A stretch of DNA of 64,000 nucleotides, from the IMG/VR virus record IMGVR_UViG_2061766007_000995; one strand, written 5' to 3'. The notes beneath the pieces are model-generated. The model was not told the origin of the DNA. It was given only the letters and a program-made list of their open reading frames with translations, and made no database searches. This DNA is from an uncultured virus (IMG/VR IMGVR_UViG_2061766007_000995). Its lineage: Duplodnaviria; Heunggongvirae; Uroviricota; Caudoviricetes. A program made the translations under genes and the position numbers. Every line of letters starts with the position of its first letter. The stretch's first letter is position 1. Shown here one piece after another: positions 8,784-18,312 of the stretch.

Positions 8784-8985
8784 TTCCGTCATTGTCAATG
8801 ATGACTCTACCGGATATGCAAATGCAAAACAGCGTGTTGCTTCGAGAATGAAAAGAAAGGAGCAGATGGATTTAGCGTTTGAACGCATTGATGCTCTTGA
8901 ACGAAAAGTCCATGGAATGGAAATGACTATGGCTGAGGTGATAAGTCTATGTCGTTCGCTTGCTGAATCCATTAAGTCCATGTAG
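8758..8985 (+). CDS. small coiled-coil hypothetical protein
   Basis: GGAG RBS; MDRWKRTSNSVIVNDDSTGY...; overlaps the gp55 end. Confidence 0.55.
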   Translation: MDRWKRTSNSVIVNDDSTGYANAKQRVASRMKRKEQMDLAFERIDALERKVHGMEMTMAEVISLCRSLAESIKSM

Positions 8986-9002
8986 ATTTTCCAGGAGGTG
9001 AA

Positions 9003-9884
9003 ATGATACTTGTAGACTACTCTGGTTCAATGTTTAGTGCAATTCATGTTGAACTGGCCAGAAATCCAGGCGCAAAGTGTGACATAAAGTTTCTTCGGCA
9101 TTGTCTTTTGAATCAGCTTCGTTCCTATTACAAAAAGTTCAAGGAAGACTATGGAGAAATGGTCATATGTCTTGAAGGTGGTTCATGCTGGAGAAAGGAA
9201 ATATTTCCAAACTACAAGGCTGGAAGAGTCAAGGCCAGAATTGATTCTGGAATAGACTGGGAAGAAGTCTTCAAAAACATGAATCAGATTACAGATGAAC
9301 TTAGGGAAGTTACTCCATGGAAGTTCATGCAGATTAGAGGACTTGAAGCTGATGACGTTATTGCCATTCTGGCCAGAAACATGGAAAAGATTGGCCATGT
9401 AAATCTTTTTGAAGACGTTGAAAAGACGATTATTGTATCCAATGATAAGGACTATGCCCAGCTTCAGAAGCTTCCATGGATTTCGCAGTATCTTCCACGC
9501 AAGGGAACAACCTCAAAGGAAATGGATCCTGAACATGCCTTGATAGACTTGATAGTGCATGGAGACAAGGCTGATGGCATTCCAAACATCAATTCAAATA
9601 TAAATTCCTTTGTTGATGGAGCTAGACAGAAGCCAGTGTCTAGAGACCTTATGAGTGGCATATTTTCTTCTGGAACTGCATTTCTTACAGAAAGTCAGAA
9701 GACTAGATATAAGGAGAACGAAACGCTTATTTCCTTTGACTGCATTCCAGAAGAATATGTTGAGAAAGTTCTAGATGTATGGAAGGAAAGCAGACCAAAG
9801 GGTGGCGGAATGAAGCTGTTCACATATCTGGCCAAAAATGGGCTAAAAGAGCAGCTGTCGCGAATTGATGACTTTAAATTGTAA
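9003..9884 (+). CDS. rnh: T4-like RNase H (5'-3' exonuclease/FEN family)
   Basis: MILVD, WRKEIFPNYKAGR, LEADDVIA, IVSNDKDYAQL, GDKADGIPNI motifs. Confidence 0.93.
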   Translation: MILVDYSGSMFSAIHVELARNPGAKCDIKFLRHCLLNQLRSYYKKFKEDYGEMVICLEGGSCWRKEIFPNYKAGRVKARIDSGIDWEEVFKNMNQITDELREVTPWKFMQIRGLEADDVIAILARNMEKIGHVNLFEDVEKTIIVSNDKDYAQLQKLPWISQYLPRKGTTSKEMDPEHALIDLIVHGDKADGIPNINSNINSFVDGARQKPVSRDLMSGIFSSGTAFLTESQKTRYKENETLISFDCIPEEYVEKVLDVWKESRPKGGGMKLFTYLAKNGLKEQLSRIDDFKL

Positions 9885-9911
9885 TGCAGGCCTTAAACGG
9901 CTGGTTAGGAG

Positions 9912-10894
9912 ATGAGGAATATGGAAAAGGATGAAATAAAGTACAGCCTTCTGGAAATTATGGAAGGTCCAAAACGCATCAACAGCATTTCGCATACGCT
10001 GGTGTTTGACTATCTAATGGAAGCCACACAGGAGCAGGATAGATTTGAGGCCTTCATGCGCGTTCTGCTTAGAAATGCCTGGTGGGCCTACTATGGCATT
10101 TGCATTATGGCTTCAGATATTATTCCTTCAGATGATTTGCTTGCTGAAGAGAAAAACAATCTGAAAGATTTGAAATATCGTCATGGTTCAATCAATGAAT
10201 TGACCATTCTCAACATGTTCATGTCGTACTTTGACCGTGGACTGTTTGCCGAGAAAAAACATCGTGAATATTTTGTAAGGTATATGGCCGAGACGCTTTC
10301 AGCAGATGAATATGAATTTGTTGTAAACTGCGTATTCAAGAAGTATGCCAAGGAAATTCTTCCGTGTCTAAAGAAGATGTATGAAAATGGACATCTGGCC
10401 AGGGAAGTTCATTCTCTGTTTTCCTTTGCAATGAATCACAAGCATGACAAGGTTCTCAAGTTCACCAAGACCTGTCTCCCAGTAAAAAAGCTTAAAATGT
10501 ACTGGAAGATAGGAAATATTATTTTTGACAAGAAAAAAATGCTTGACAAAAAGAAGGCCGGTGTTATATTGGATTTTATAAAGAAGACTAGTCAACCATC
10601 GCTGAATTTTGCTGGCATCGACTATCCTCAGATTTGCGAAATCTGGGTTGAAGATGAGCTTCCAATAATGGTTGTGACTGTGGAGAGAGCCTTCATTCTA
10701 AAGCGTCCTGAATTGTTTGATGACAAGAGGTTCATAGAGCTTTTCAATGCAGGCTACAAGAATTTCCTATGCGTCCATGGTTCAAGAGTCNNNNNNNNNN
10801 TGCTCTTGCTCCAACGGATGCAGTTATTGCTCCAGAAACCGAAGTGAAGCTGGCAGAGTTCAATGGAACGTATTATGTCTTCAAAAATGACTAG
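9912..10894 (+). CDS. hypothetical protein (gap at 10791-10800)
   Basis: ORF continues after the gap as ALAPTDAVIAPETEVKLAEFNGTYYVFKND* to TAG 10894. Confidence 0.6.
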
Positions 10895-10911
10895 ATTTAA
10901 GGAGAATTGAT

Positions 10912-11887
10912 ATGACACAGAAAATGATTTTTGATGATGTAGCTGAGTATGAACGCTTCAATAAAATGTACAACGACTATATTCAGAATGGTATTGAAGC
11001 TAGCAAGGCTCTGGCCATGACAAAGGAAGCATTTTGGCCTTCTAAAAACTTGAGCGAGAAAGGTAGAAAGCTGTATGATGACTATATTTTCAAATATGGT
11101 CTTTCTCCTNNNNNNNNNNATTTCCTACATATGCGAAGAGAATGGCTTTCTCAAGTTTCACAAGTTCAAGGTCGCCAAGGCAAAGCATGTCAAGATGCCT
11201 CTGCTTATTCTTGGAATGAGCGTGAATGTTGTGATACTGGAAGATGCAAAGGGAAAAGAGATTACNNNNNNNNNNGTTGAAGCCAGTAAGGCTCTAGCCA
11301 TGACAAAGGAAGCATTTTGGCCTTCTAAAAGCTTGAGTGAGGAAGGTAGAAAGCTGTATGATGACTATATTTTCAAATATGGTCTTTCTCCTGAAGATGC
11401 CTATATTTTAGCTTCCCGCAAGGGTGAAACAAAGGAAAAAGCAGACAAGATTGTTGAAAAGAAAAAAGCTGAATCTAATGAGACGGCAGTTCAGAAATGG
11501 CTGAATGACTGGACAATTCCAGCAGACAGGTGGCTTGATACGTTAAAGCCATTCAATAAATTTTTTGATGATTCTTTCTTCAAGGAATTTGGAATGCCAT
11601 GCTGGCTTGACTGGAATGGACGTCATAGAAATGGTCAAAATAAGGAAAAGAAGGGATCATGCAAATGTGGCTGTGAAGAATCCAAGCCTGCTCTCAAGGG
11701 AGAAGACATTGTAAATGATGAGATTAAAAAGGTGCTTGGAGACATTCCCAAGGAAGAAGTAAATGAGAAGAACACTAAAGTCAAAATTGTCAAGAATGAT
11801 CCTAATGACTACGAATACAAAGTTGATCACACTTCTCCTGATGGGAAGTCTAATTTCTACTGCCACAAAATCTTTAAAAAGTTTTAA
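10912..11887 (+). CDS. hypothetical protein (gap-interrupted, internal allelic duplicate)
   Basis: AGGAG RBS; EASKALAMTKEAFWPSK...YIFKYGLSP appears on both sides of N gaps. Confidence 0.6.
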
Positions 11888-11920
11888 TAGGTTTCAATCA
11901 CATTAAAAGGAGGAAACATT

Positions 11921-12373
11921 ATGGAAGAAGTCAAAGAAATGAATCCTGGAGTTGAAGGGAATGCGTTTACTGAACCAGCGGCCGCTCCGCAAGCCCAGCA
12001 AACCGAAGAAACCGAAGAAACCCAAAAATCCAGTGAAGCCGGTGAAGCCAGCGAAGTAGTTGAAACACAGTCTGGTCTGGAAACTCCAGAGGAAAGAAAT
12101 CCATTTCTTGAATACATGAGAAACGCCTTTGCCAAAGAGCATATTGACGCTTTCATGTCTACGTTGAATGATGATCAGAAAAGCTTTATCTACGTTTTCT
12201 GCTCTGGCTTCGAAACTGCAATTGGTCGTCATATTGTAGGCGTATATGACAGTTCCTACATTGAAGGCTATCACTTCACAAAGGAAGTTCTAGACTCGCT
12301 TAGAATCGTTATCAAGCCAGTTGACGTAAAGGATTCCGATCTGAAGTTTACAATTGTAGCCCAGCTTGTGTAA
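11921..12373 (+). CDS. hypothetical protein with acidic low-complexity N-terminus
   Basis: AGGAGG RBS; followed by a terminator. Confidence 0.75.
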   Translation: MEEVKEMNPGVEGNAFTEPAAAPQAQQTEETEETQKSSEAGEASEVVETQSGLETPEERNPFLEYMRNAFAKEHIDAFMSTLNDDQKSFIYVFCSGFETAIGRHIVGVYDSSYIEGYHFTKEVLDSLRIVIKPVDVKDSDLKFTIVAQLV

Positions 12374-12402
12374 CTAGTTAATTTTATTGAAAGTTTAATT
12401 TT

Positions 12403-12427
12403 AAGAGGGGACCACTGGTCCCCTCTT
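12403..12427 (+). terminator. intrinsic terminator
   Basis: AAGAGGGGACC/GGTCCCCTCTT hairpin followed by CTT. Confidence 0.65.
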
Positions 12428-12428
12428 C

Positions 12429-12457
12429 TTGACAGCAGGGAGAAAAACTGCTATCAA
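12429..12457 (+). promoter_or_regulatory. sigma70-type promoter TTGACA-N17-TATCAA with extended TG
   Basis: Consensus -35 and spacing. Confidence 0.55.
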
Positions 12458-12466
12458 TAGGTCAGC

Positions 12467-12673
12467 ATGGAGGAAGAAGCAATGGAAGCTGTATGGGGAT
12501 TTTTAATTATGTGCCTGCAGGCTGCATTCAAGGCTTTTATTGCTATGATCTGCGTATTCCTGTTGACAATAGTTTTCCTACTGCTAATAAGATTTCTTGA
12601 AATGCTCTTTGAAATGTCCGAAGACGGCAAAAATTTTATTATGCATTGGATTAAAAAGAAATGTCAGCGTTAG
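12467..12673 (+). CDS. small membrane protein
   Basis: Long hydrophobic stretch. Confidence 0.55.
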   Translation: MEEEAMEAVWGFLIMCLQAAFKAFIAMICVFLLTIVFLLLIRFLEMLFEMSEDGKNFIMHWIKKKCQR

Positions 12674-12798
12674 CCATTATCACGCTGTTTGTGCTGTCTA
12701 TTGCTGGAACAATCTGTGGATTGATTCTTTCCATCATAATGATTATGATATCCGTAATTGGATATGTGATTATGCTTGCAATAAATCGGTGCAGGTAG
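12661..12798 (+). CDS. small membrane protein (45 aa, not in ORF track)
   Basis: MSALAIITLFVLSIAGTICGLILSIIMIMISVIGYVIMLAINRCR*; tiles between 12467 and 12805. Confidence 0.5.
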   Translation: MSALAIITLFVLSIAGTICGLILSIIMIMISVIGYVIMLAINRCR

Positions 12799-12804
12799 GA
12801 TTTT

Positions 12805-13008
12805 ATGCTTTATTCCATAGTCTCCTTTTTTCTAATAATGTTGACCGTTTCTTCATTTCTAGTGTCGGCAATGCACTATGGAATGACTATATGGTATAGA
12901 AAAAATCTAGAATCTAGAAAATATCATCAAAGACATGCAAAAATTGTCTTTCGTGCAGGTCTTGCATTGCTTGCGGCCGTGACTTTTTTAAACTTGTTTT
13001 TAGCGTAG
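12805..13008 (+). CDS. small two-TM membrane protein
   Basis: Two hydrophobic segments; AGGA RBS. Confidence 0.55.
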   Translation: MLYSIVSFFLIMLTVSSFLVSAMHYGMTIWYRKNLESRKYHQRHAKIVFRAGLALLAAVTFLNLFLA

Positions 13009-13013
13009 GAGAA

Positions 13014-13310
13014 ATGATGAATAAAGATTCAATGTTCAAAATTTCAATGCGGATTGATTCATTTGAAGGAAAATATGGATTAACGTTTGAAGAAGACATT
13101 TCGGCCGAAAGATTGGCCAAAATATGCAGAAAGGACATGAAGCTTGGTGGTGGCTGTCCTCTTGGAAATGTTCTAAGCTGTCCTTTTCTTTATGAACCCT
13201 ATAGAAAAAGGCATATCGGAGAGCGTCCAATTAGCTGTGACGTTGTAACCGCGAATGATTGGATAGAACTGTATAAAATTATTAATGAAGAGCAGGAGAA
13301 GACAAATTGA
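13014..13310 (+). CDS. Cys-rich hypothetical protein, paralogue of 13307
   Basis: LAKIC...CPLG...CPF...CDVVT..W. Confidence 0.65.
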   Translation: MMNKDSMFKISMRIDSFEGKYGLTFEEDISAERLAKICRKDMKLGGGCPLGNVLSCPFLYEPYRKRHIGERPISCDVVTANDWIELYKIINEEQEKTN

Positions 13311-13558
13311 GCGAAGGCATTGAAATGAGGCTGTCATTTTGGCCATCTGGAATTATTGGAGCGAAGGCCAGAGTTTTTGACATGCTTGTGGAGCCTGCTG
13401 AACTGGCCGGTCTATGCACTGATCCTAAGGCGCACTGTCCTGTTGGATGCTTTTCATGTCCCTTTGGCGAGGAAAAGAAATGTGCAGAAGTAACTGTTGA
13501 AGAATGGAATCAGTTCTTTTTTGACAAGGAAGAAGTTAAGGAAGAATCTTCAACTTGA
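13307..13558 (+). CDS. Cys-rich hypothetical protein, paralogue of 13014
   Basis: LAGLC...CPVG..CPF...CAEVT..W; TTG start with AGGAG RBS. Confidence 0.6.
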   Translation: MSEGIEMRLSFWPSGIIGAKARVFDMLVEPAELAGLCTDPKAHCPVGCFSCPFGEEKKCAEVTVEEWNQFFFDKEEVKEESST

Positions 13559-13606
13559 AGGACCTTTTTCAATAGACTGGCTGGAAAACTGAAGCAGGGA
13601 TGAGAC

Positions 13607-13936
13607 ATGCCAGCCTATATTGTAGTCAATAGAGATGCATTGATGAAACAGATTGCCGCAACTGGCGTTTTCAATCCACTTCTTCTGAAGCAGGCCTTTG
13701 ATGAAGAAAAGCCTTTTTCCATTGATGAAGAGATTGACATTGAAGGAAGAAAGGGAACAGTCCGACACGTTTTGTACCGAGATGGAGAAGTTCTGCTTGA
13801 AGCCAAAATGGATGGTTTGTTTTCTGCATCAATCAGACTCAATGGGAGCAGTCTTTTCATCAATGATTTCAAAGAGTTGGCTGATGCTTTGGGTGCGTCT
13901 TGCCGACTCGCGAAAAGCATTGAAGATTTCTCTTGA
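13607..13936 (+). CDS. hypothetical protein
   Basis: 109-aa ORF in a co-oriented run. Confidence 0.6.
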   Translation: MPAYIVVNRDALMKQIAATGVFNPLLLKQAFDEEKPFSIDEEIDIEGRKGTVRHVLYRDGEVLLEAKMDGLFSASIRLNGSSLFINDFKELADALGASCRLAKSIEDFS

Positions 13937-13961
13937 CACCTTTGGCGTCCTATGCTAGAAA
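13933..13961 (+). promoter_or_regulatory. sigma70-type promoter TTGACA-N17-TAGAAA with extended TG
   Basis: Consensus -35 and spacing. Confidence 0.55.
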
Positions 13962-14012
13962 TGGACCTGTCAAGAGAAACTGGCATCCAACATTAAATCA
14001 AGGAGCAATTCC

Positions 14013-14523
14013 ATGAAGATTGATCACAAGAACCACACTAATTCTCAAAACAAGGCTTTTATCCGCGACATTCTTCACAATGGTCCGGCAAAGGTTGTCT
14101 TTACCAAGAAGGATGGCACCATTCGTGAAATGATTTGCACTCTTNNNNNNNNNNCCGCTTCTTTGATGGATATGAACCTGTTGAGTGGTGGATCAAGAAG
14201 AATCATCTGCTTGAGCGTATTTCCGATGGAAATGANNNNNNNNNNGCTACACCCGTTGTCAAATTAAGGACTTCATTCGCGACATTCTTCGCAATGGTCC
14301 GGCAAAGGTTGTCTTTACCAAGAAGGATGGCACCATTCGCGAAATGGTCTGTACTCTTAAACGTGCGATTCTTGAGGAAAAGCAGATTGAACTGGTCAAT
14401 TCTAATTCTGATCGTCGTGCCAATGATGAGGTTCTGAACGTGTATGACCTTGAAAAGGATGACTGGCGCGCCTTTCGCATTGACAACGTACATACCATTG
14501 AAGCATGCGTCTTTGATGGCTAG
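14013..14523 (+). CDS. WYL_2/DUF2693-like SH3-fold protein (gap-interrupted)
   Basis: KVVFTKKDGTIREMxCTL...VYDLEKDDWRAFRIDNV; stop TAG 14523. Confidence 0.75.
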
Positions 14524-14547
14524 GGAACTGCATTAAATGCAGAATGT

Positions 14548-14624
14548 GGGGATGTAGCCAAGCTGGTTAAGGCAACGGACTTTGACTCCGTCACTCGGCT
14601 GTTCAAGTCAGCCCATCCCTGCCA
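14548..14624 (+). tRNA. tRNA-Gln(TTG)
   Basis: Acceptor GGGGATG/CATCCCT, anticodon arm ACGGA-CTTTGAC-TCCGT, T arm GGCTG-TTCAAGT-CAGCC, encoded CCA. Confidence 0.93.
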
Positions 14625-14644
14625 GACATTTTTAGGAGAAGGCA

Positions 14645-14839
14645 ATGGACAAAGACAAGTATCAGGTTGATGGAACTGTGATAACGCCTGCAAAAAGCCA
14701 GAGGCCTGTTGATCTTGCTAATTTTGATTCTGCCGATGATCTCGTTGACTTCATGCAGGCCATGTGCAATGACGTATCGGAAGAAGATGAAGCAATTCTG
14801 CGGGCACTCTACAAGAAAATAAAGGAGGCGGGCAAGTAA
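14645..14839 (+). CDS. hypothetical protein
   Basis: AGGAG RBS; TAATG coupling to rIIB. Confidence 0.65.
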   Translation: MDKDKYQVDGTVITPAKSQRPVDLANFDSADDLVDFMQAMCNDVSEEDEAILRALYKKIKEAGK

Positions 14840-16386
14840 TGGAAGAATATACCTACATGTCTACTGGTAGCATGCTGTTTGTGTGTGGAGAAGGAAGAAC
14901 TTGGCTTATTGGCGATTCTGATTCCGAAAAGCGTGAAAAAATTCTTGAACTTATCAAGAAAAAGGCTCCTTGGAAGGACTTGAAGGAAGTCCTTAACGTG
15001 AAGAATAATGAAGAAATTCGCGAGTGGTGCGAAAAGGCCAATATTGAAGGTTCTGGCATCAGCTTCGGAAGCGACACCATCTATATTGACGGAGAACCGA
15101 TATATGGCTCTCTCTGCAGGCAGATACAGTCCATGCATGATGAAGGACTGCCTCTTGATCCAATGGTGAATTTCGTGCGGAAGATGAGGGAAAATCCTTC
15201 CTATCGCATCAGGAATCAGCTTTGGGCTTTCATTGAAGCGTGTCAGGAAGAAGGTGGATTCACAATCGCCGAAGATGGCGACATCATGGCCTACAAGGTA
15301 GTTTCTGGCAATTTCAAGGACAAGCATAGTGGCAAGTTTGACAATTCCATTGGAGCCATAGTGGAAATGCCACGCAATGAAGTTGATGATGATCCTAACA
15401 ATACTTGCTCTTCTGGACTTCACTTCTGCGCCTATTCCTATGTCAAGTCTTTTTCTGGTCTAGGCGACAGGCTTGTTCTGGTCAAGATCAATCCAGCTGA
15501 CGTTGTTTCCATTCCGAATGACTATGGCAATGCGAAGGCTAGATGCTGCCGCTACAAGGTCGTTTCGGAAATCAATGCTCCTCTGGAGAGAACCGTCTGG
15601 AAGGATGAAGAATTTACTCCTGAAATTGGCGTTGGAGACTTGATTAAAGCCAATCTTGAGGAATATGACTTTGAAAATTCGGATGAAGAGAATGTCATTG
15701 GTCGCGTGATTGCAGTTGATTCCAATGATGAAATTGGATATCCATACAAGATTCGCTTCTTTGATGGGTATGAACCCGTTGAATGGTGGATCAAGAAGAA
15801 TCATCTGCTTGAGCGTATTTCCGATGGAAATGAGCCTGAAAGGAAATTTGAATCTGGAGAGTATGCGGAACTCTACAACGGAAACGTTGTTCAGGTGATG
15901 GCTTTTGACTACGGTTCCAATGTCTATGTCGTGAAGTATCTCGATGAAGATGGAGACGTTTGTCAGACTGAAGTGTTTGGATTCGATCTTTCTCCAACCA
16001 GCAGGAAAATCAACTGGAATACCGAAAAGACTAGTGAACCTGCCGAAAAAGACAGTGTAGAAGAACTGGATGATTTTGTGAGAGAGTTCTTCAAGGTCAT
16101 TGGAAAGGGAATAAACGATGAAGATGAAGATGAAGCCAAGACATTTGTAAGAAACTGGTTCGCTTCGTCCACTCCCAACACGATAATGGCCTTTCTTGAA
16201 AAGCAGTATAGGGACATTGTTGATGCCGATGTCCGCATGATGTTCATGAACAGGAACTTTGACGTGAAGAACATCATGAAAAGAATTGAGGAATGGTACA
16301 TTATGGAATATGAAGGGCGAATTAGCGAAAAGCGGATATGGGAAAAGGTCAAGACAGTCATTGACATATGGATGAACAAGGACTAA
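14839..16386 (+). CDS. rIIB: rIIB-like protein with C-terminal extension
   Basis: ENPS..IRNQLW.F; DGDIMAYKVV; FDNSIG..VEMPRNEVDDDPNNTCSSGLHFC; VKINPADVVSIPNDY..AKARCCRYKV. Confidence 0.88.
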   Translation: MEEYTYMSTGSMLFVCGEGRTWLIGDSDSEKREKILELIKKKAPWKDLKEVLNVKNNEEIREWCEKANIEGSGISFGSDTIYIDGEPIYGSLCRQIQSMHDEGLPLDPMVNFVRKMRENPSYRIRNQLWAFIEACQEEGGFTIAEDGDIMAYKVVSGNFKDKHSGKFDNSIGAIVEMPRNEVDDDPNNTCSSGLHFCAYSYVKSFSGLGDRLVLVKINPADVVSIPNDYGNAKARCCRYKVVSEINAPLERTVWKDEEFTPEIGVGDLIKANLEEYDFENSDEENVIGRVIAVDSNDEIGYPYKIRFFDGYEPVEWWIKKNHLLERISDGNEPERKFESGEYAELYNGNVVQVMAFDYGSNVYVVKYLDEDGDVCQTEVFGFDLSPTSRKINWNTEKTSEPAEKDSVEELDDFVREFFKVIGKGINDEDEDEAKTFVRNWFASSTPNTIMAFLEKQYRDIVDADVRMMFMNRNFDVKNIMKRIEEWYIMEYEGRISEKRIWEKVKTVIDIWMNKD

Positions 16387-16444
16387 ATTAGTCTAGAGGT
16401 TGAAGGAGGAGCTATTGCTCCTCCTCTTCTTTTATGGAGGCCAT

Positions 16445-17020
16445 ATGGTGTATGGAGGAATAGATTATTCAATCAACTGTCCAGCCTTGTGCATCTATGA
16501 TGACGATGATGGTCCATTTGAACACAAGACATGCAGATACTGGTTCAACCAGAACAACGTTTCAAAAAAGGAAGAACTGCTGAGAAAGGAATGGGACGTT
16601 CCCAACGTATTTCCTCAAACGCAGTTTAATATTGAATGTCCAGAAGAACGCTATTTTGTTCTGGCCGACTGGTTTATTTCCATCATGGTGCTTGAGGACG
16701 TTAAGATAGTTGCAATGGAAGACTATGCCCTTGGAGCGTCTGGTCTGGTTTTCAACATAGCAGAATGCACTGGAGTTTTAAAAACTTTAATGCATTCCAT
16801 AGGCATAGAGTTTCACAAGTATCCTCCAACAACCGTAAAGAAGACATTCACCGGAAAGGGAAATGCGGACAAGGATGCAATGGTTAAGACTTATAGAGAG
16901 AAGTATGACATTGACATGATGAATCTGCTTCATAGAAAGAATACTTCAAGTCCAGTTTCCGATGTTGTTGATTCTCATGCGATGCTCTATCATCATTTTA
17001 AAGTAAATAATTTGATCTAA
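16445..17020 (+). CDS. RuvC-like Holliday junction resolvase
   Basis: GIDYSINCP, AMEDYA, IAE..GVLK, PTTVKK..TGKGNADKDAM, SDVVDS. Confidence 0.85.
   Translation: MVYGGIDYSINCPALCIYDDDDGPFEHKTCRYWFNQNNVSKKEELLRKEWDVPNVFPQTQFNIECPEERYFVLADWFISIMVLEDVKIVAMEDYALGASGLVFNIAECTGVLKTLMHSIGIEFHKYPPTTVKKTFTGKGNADKDAMVKTYREKYDIDMMNLLHRKNTSSPVSDVVDSHAMLYHHFKVNNLI
17004..17009 (+). promoter_or_regulatory. putative late promoter (TAAATA)
   Basis: GTAAATA 20 nt upstream of ATG 17030. Confidence 0.55.
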
Positions 17021-17029
17021 AGACTGAAA

Positions 17030-17851
17030 ATGAAATCATTTAAAGATTGGCTTATTGAAGCCATTATGGATCCAAAAACAGCGTTGAAGATTTTTGGTCT
17101 TTCCGAATTTCCAAAGACTGCAACTGAATTAAGAAACTTGCATAAGAAGCTTGCCTTGACAAACCATCCTGATCGTGGTGGAAGTCTTGAAAAGATGAAG
17201 GACATCAATGCGGCAAACGACGTATTGAAGCAGTGGATTGGCAAGTCCGTCAAGAGCATCGCTAGAAGTGGAACAAGAGCGGGCGCATCTCAAACATATA
17301 GGCAGGCTGGAGAGACGTTTAAAACCTCAAGAGCCAGAGCCAATGCAAATCGTGACGAATTTGAGAAGGACATTCTCAAGACGCATGGACCAATATATAG
17401 AGCGATTGCGGCTTTTCTTGAAAAACTTCCTACTTTTGTATTCGCAAAGCACTTTTCAGACGTATTGGGTATAAAATTTGAACATACGCTTACAAAAATA
17501 TCCACTGTTGAAGAAATCGTTAAAATGAAGGATCATGCCAAGGAGCCTTGGATTCGCTATGTCTTTACAGACAAGTCTGGAATGGAAGTTTTTGGCATTG
17601 AATTAACTGGCGATACAGATCATATGGCCTGGCGCATGCGTAATACTTCCAATGGATTTGAAAATTCAAAGAATTTTGACTTTGAATGGGCAATCGCTGT
17701 TGATTTCTATAAAGGCAGGGCTTCAAACAAGAAAGTTGTTTTAAGAAAGAAAAAGTATAGAAATGCAGATCTTTCCATTTTAAAGGATCCAAAAAAGCTG
17801 CTTTCTCCATCAAAGATAAAGACAGCATATTACGGTGTTCCAATGAAGTAG
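17030..17851 (+). CDS. J-domain protein with T4-type capsid-targeting N-terminus (copy 1)
   Basis: MKSFKDWLIE then ALKIFGL...LHKKLALTNHPDRGGSLEKMKDINAA..VL (HPD motif). Confidence 0.8.
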   Translation: MKSFKDWLIEAIMDPKTALKIFGLSEFPKTATELRNLHKKLALTNHPDRGGSLEKMKDINAANDVLKQWIGKSVKSIARSGTRAGASQTYRQAGETFKTSRARANANRDEFEKDILKTHGPIYRAIAAFLEKLPTFVFAKHFSDVLGIKFEHTLTKISTVEEIVKMKDHAKEPWIRYVFTDKSGMEVFGIELTGDTDHMAWRMRNTSNGFENSKNFDFEWAIAVDFYKGRASNKKVVLRKKKYRNADLSILKDPKKLLSPSKIKTAYYGVPMK

Positions 17852-17862
17852 TTGGATTGCAT

Positions 17863-18306
17863 ATGAAAGATTTTAGACAATGGATCAACGAGACAAAGGC
17901 AGAAATTCCAGCAGATGTTGACTATTTCCGTCTATTCAGCAAATGGCAGTGTCGTGAAGAAAGAAAGGGCGAATGGTATTTTCCCTTTACCAAGTCCAAT
18001 GCAGGAAATCCAATCTGTCTTCGCATAAACGTAAAAGGCTCTCCTGGAAGACGAGAATATCATATTGGAAGCCATTTTTATGAATGTTCCTACATTAATG
18101 GACGCTTTGGAGCAGACATTGCAGATAATGCTGTCATAAATGCAAGCGTTCTTCGGCAGGGAGAGGACAGCTACAAATTTTTTGAACAAATTTTTCCATT
18201 TGCTCGAAAGAATGGAAAGAATGGAGACTTTAAAAAAATTGCCAAAGCTATTGCTGATGGTTCTTTGAAGGCTTCCGTTTCGTGGCATAATAAAAAAGAC
18301 AGGTAG
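17863..18306 (+). CDS. putative internal head protein
   Basis: N-terminus MKDFRQWINE resembles the capsid-targeting sequence. Confidence 0.6.
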   Translation: MKDFRQWINETKAEIPADVDYFRLFSKWQCREERKGEWYFPFTKSNAGNPICLRINVKGSPGRREYHIGSHFYECSYINGRFGADIADNAVINASVLRQGEDSYKFFEQIFPFARKNGKNGDFKKIAKAIADGSLKASVSWHNKKDR

Positions 18307-18312
18307 AGAGAT

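Noticed and set aside
9912..10894. Possible degenerate DNA ligase
   Set aside because: Only a vague helical resemblance at the N-terminus; no KxDG motif seen
14155..14235. rIIB fragment inside the WYL_2-like gene
   Set aside because: Short copy of ~15754-15833 between two N gaps; misplaced allelic fragment, as is 46538-46639 (copy of the 45462 gene)
14548..14624. Suppressor tRNA or stop-codon recoding
   Set aside because: The anticodon is TTG (Gln), and conserved genes end normally at TAG, TAA and TGA
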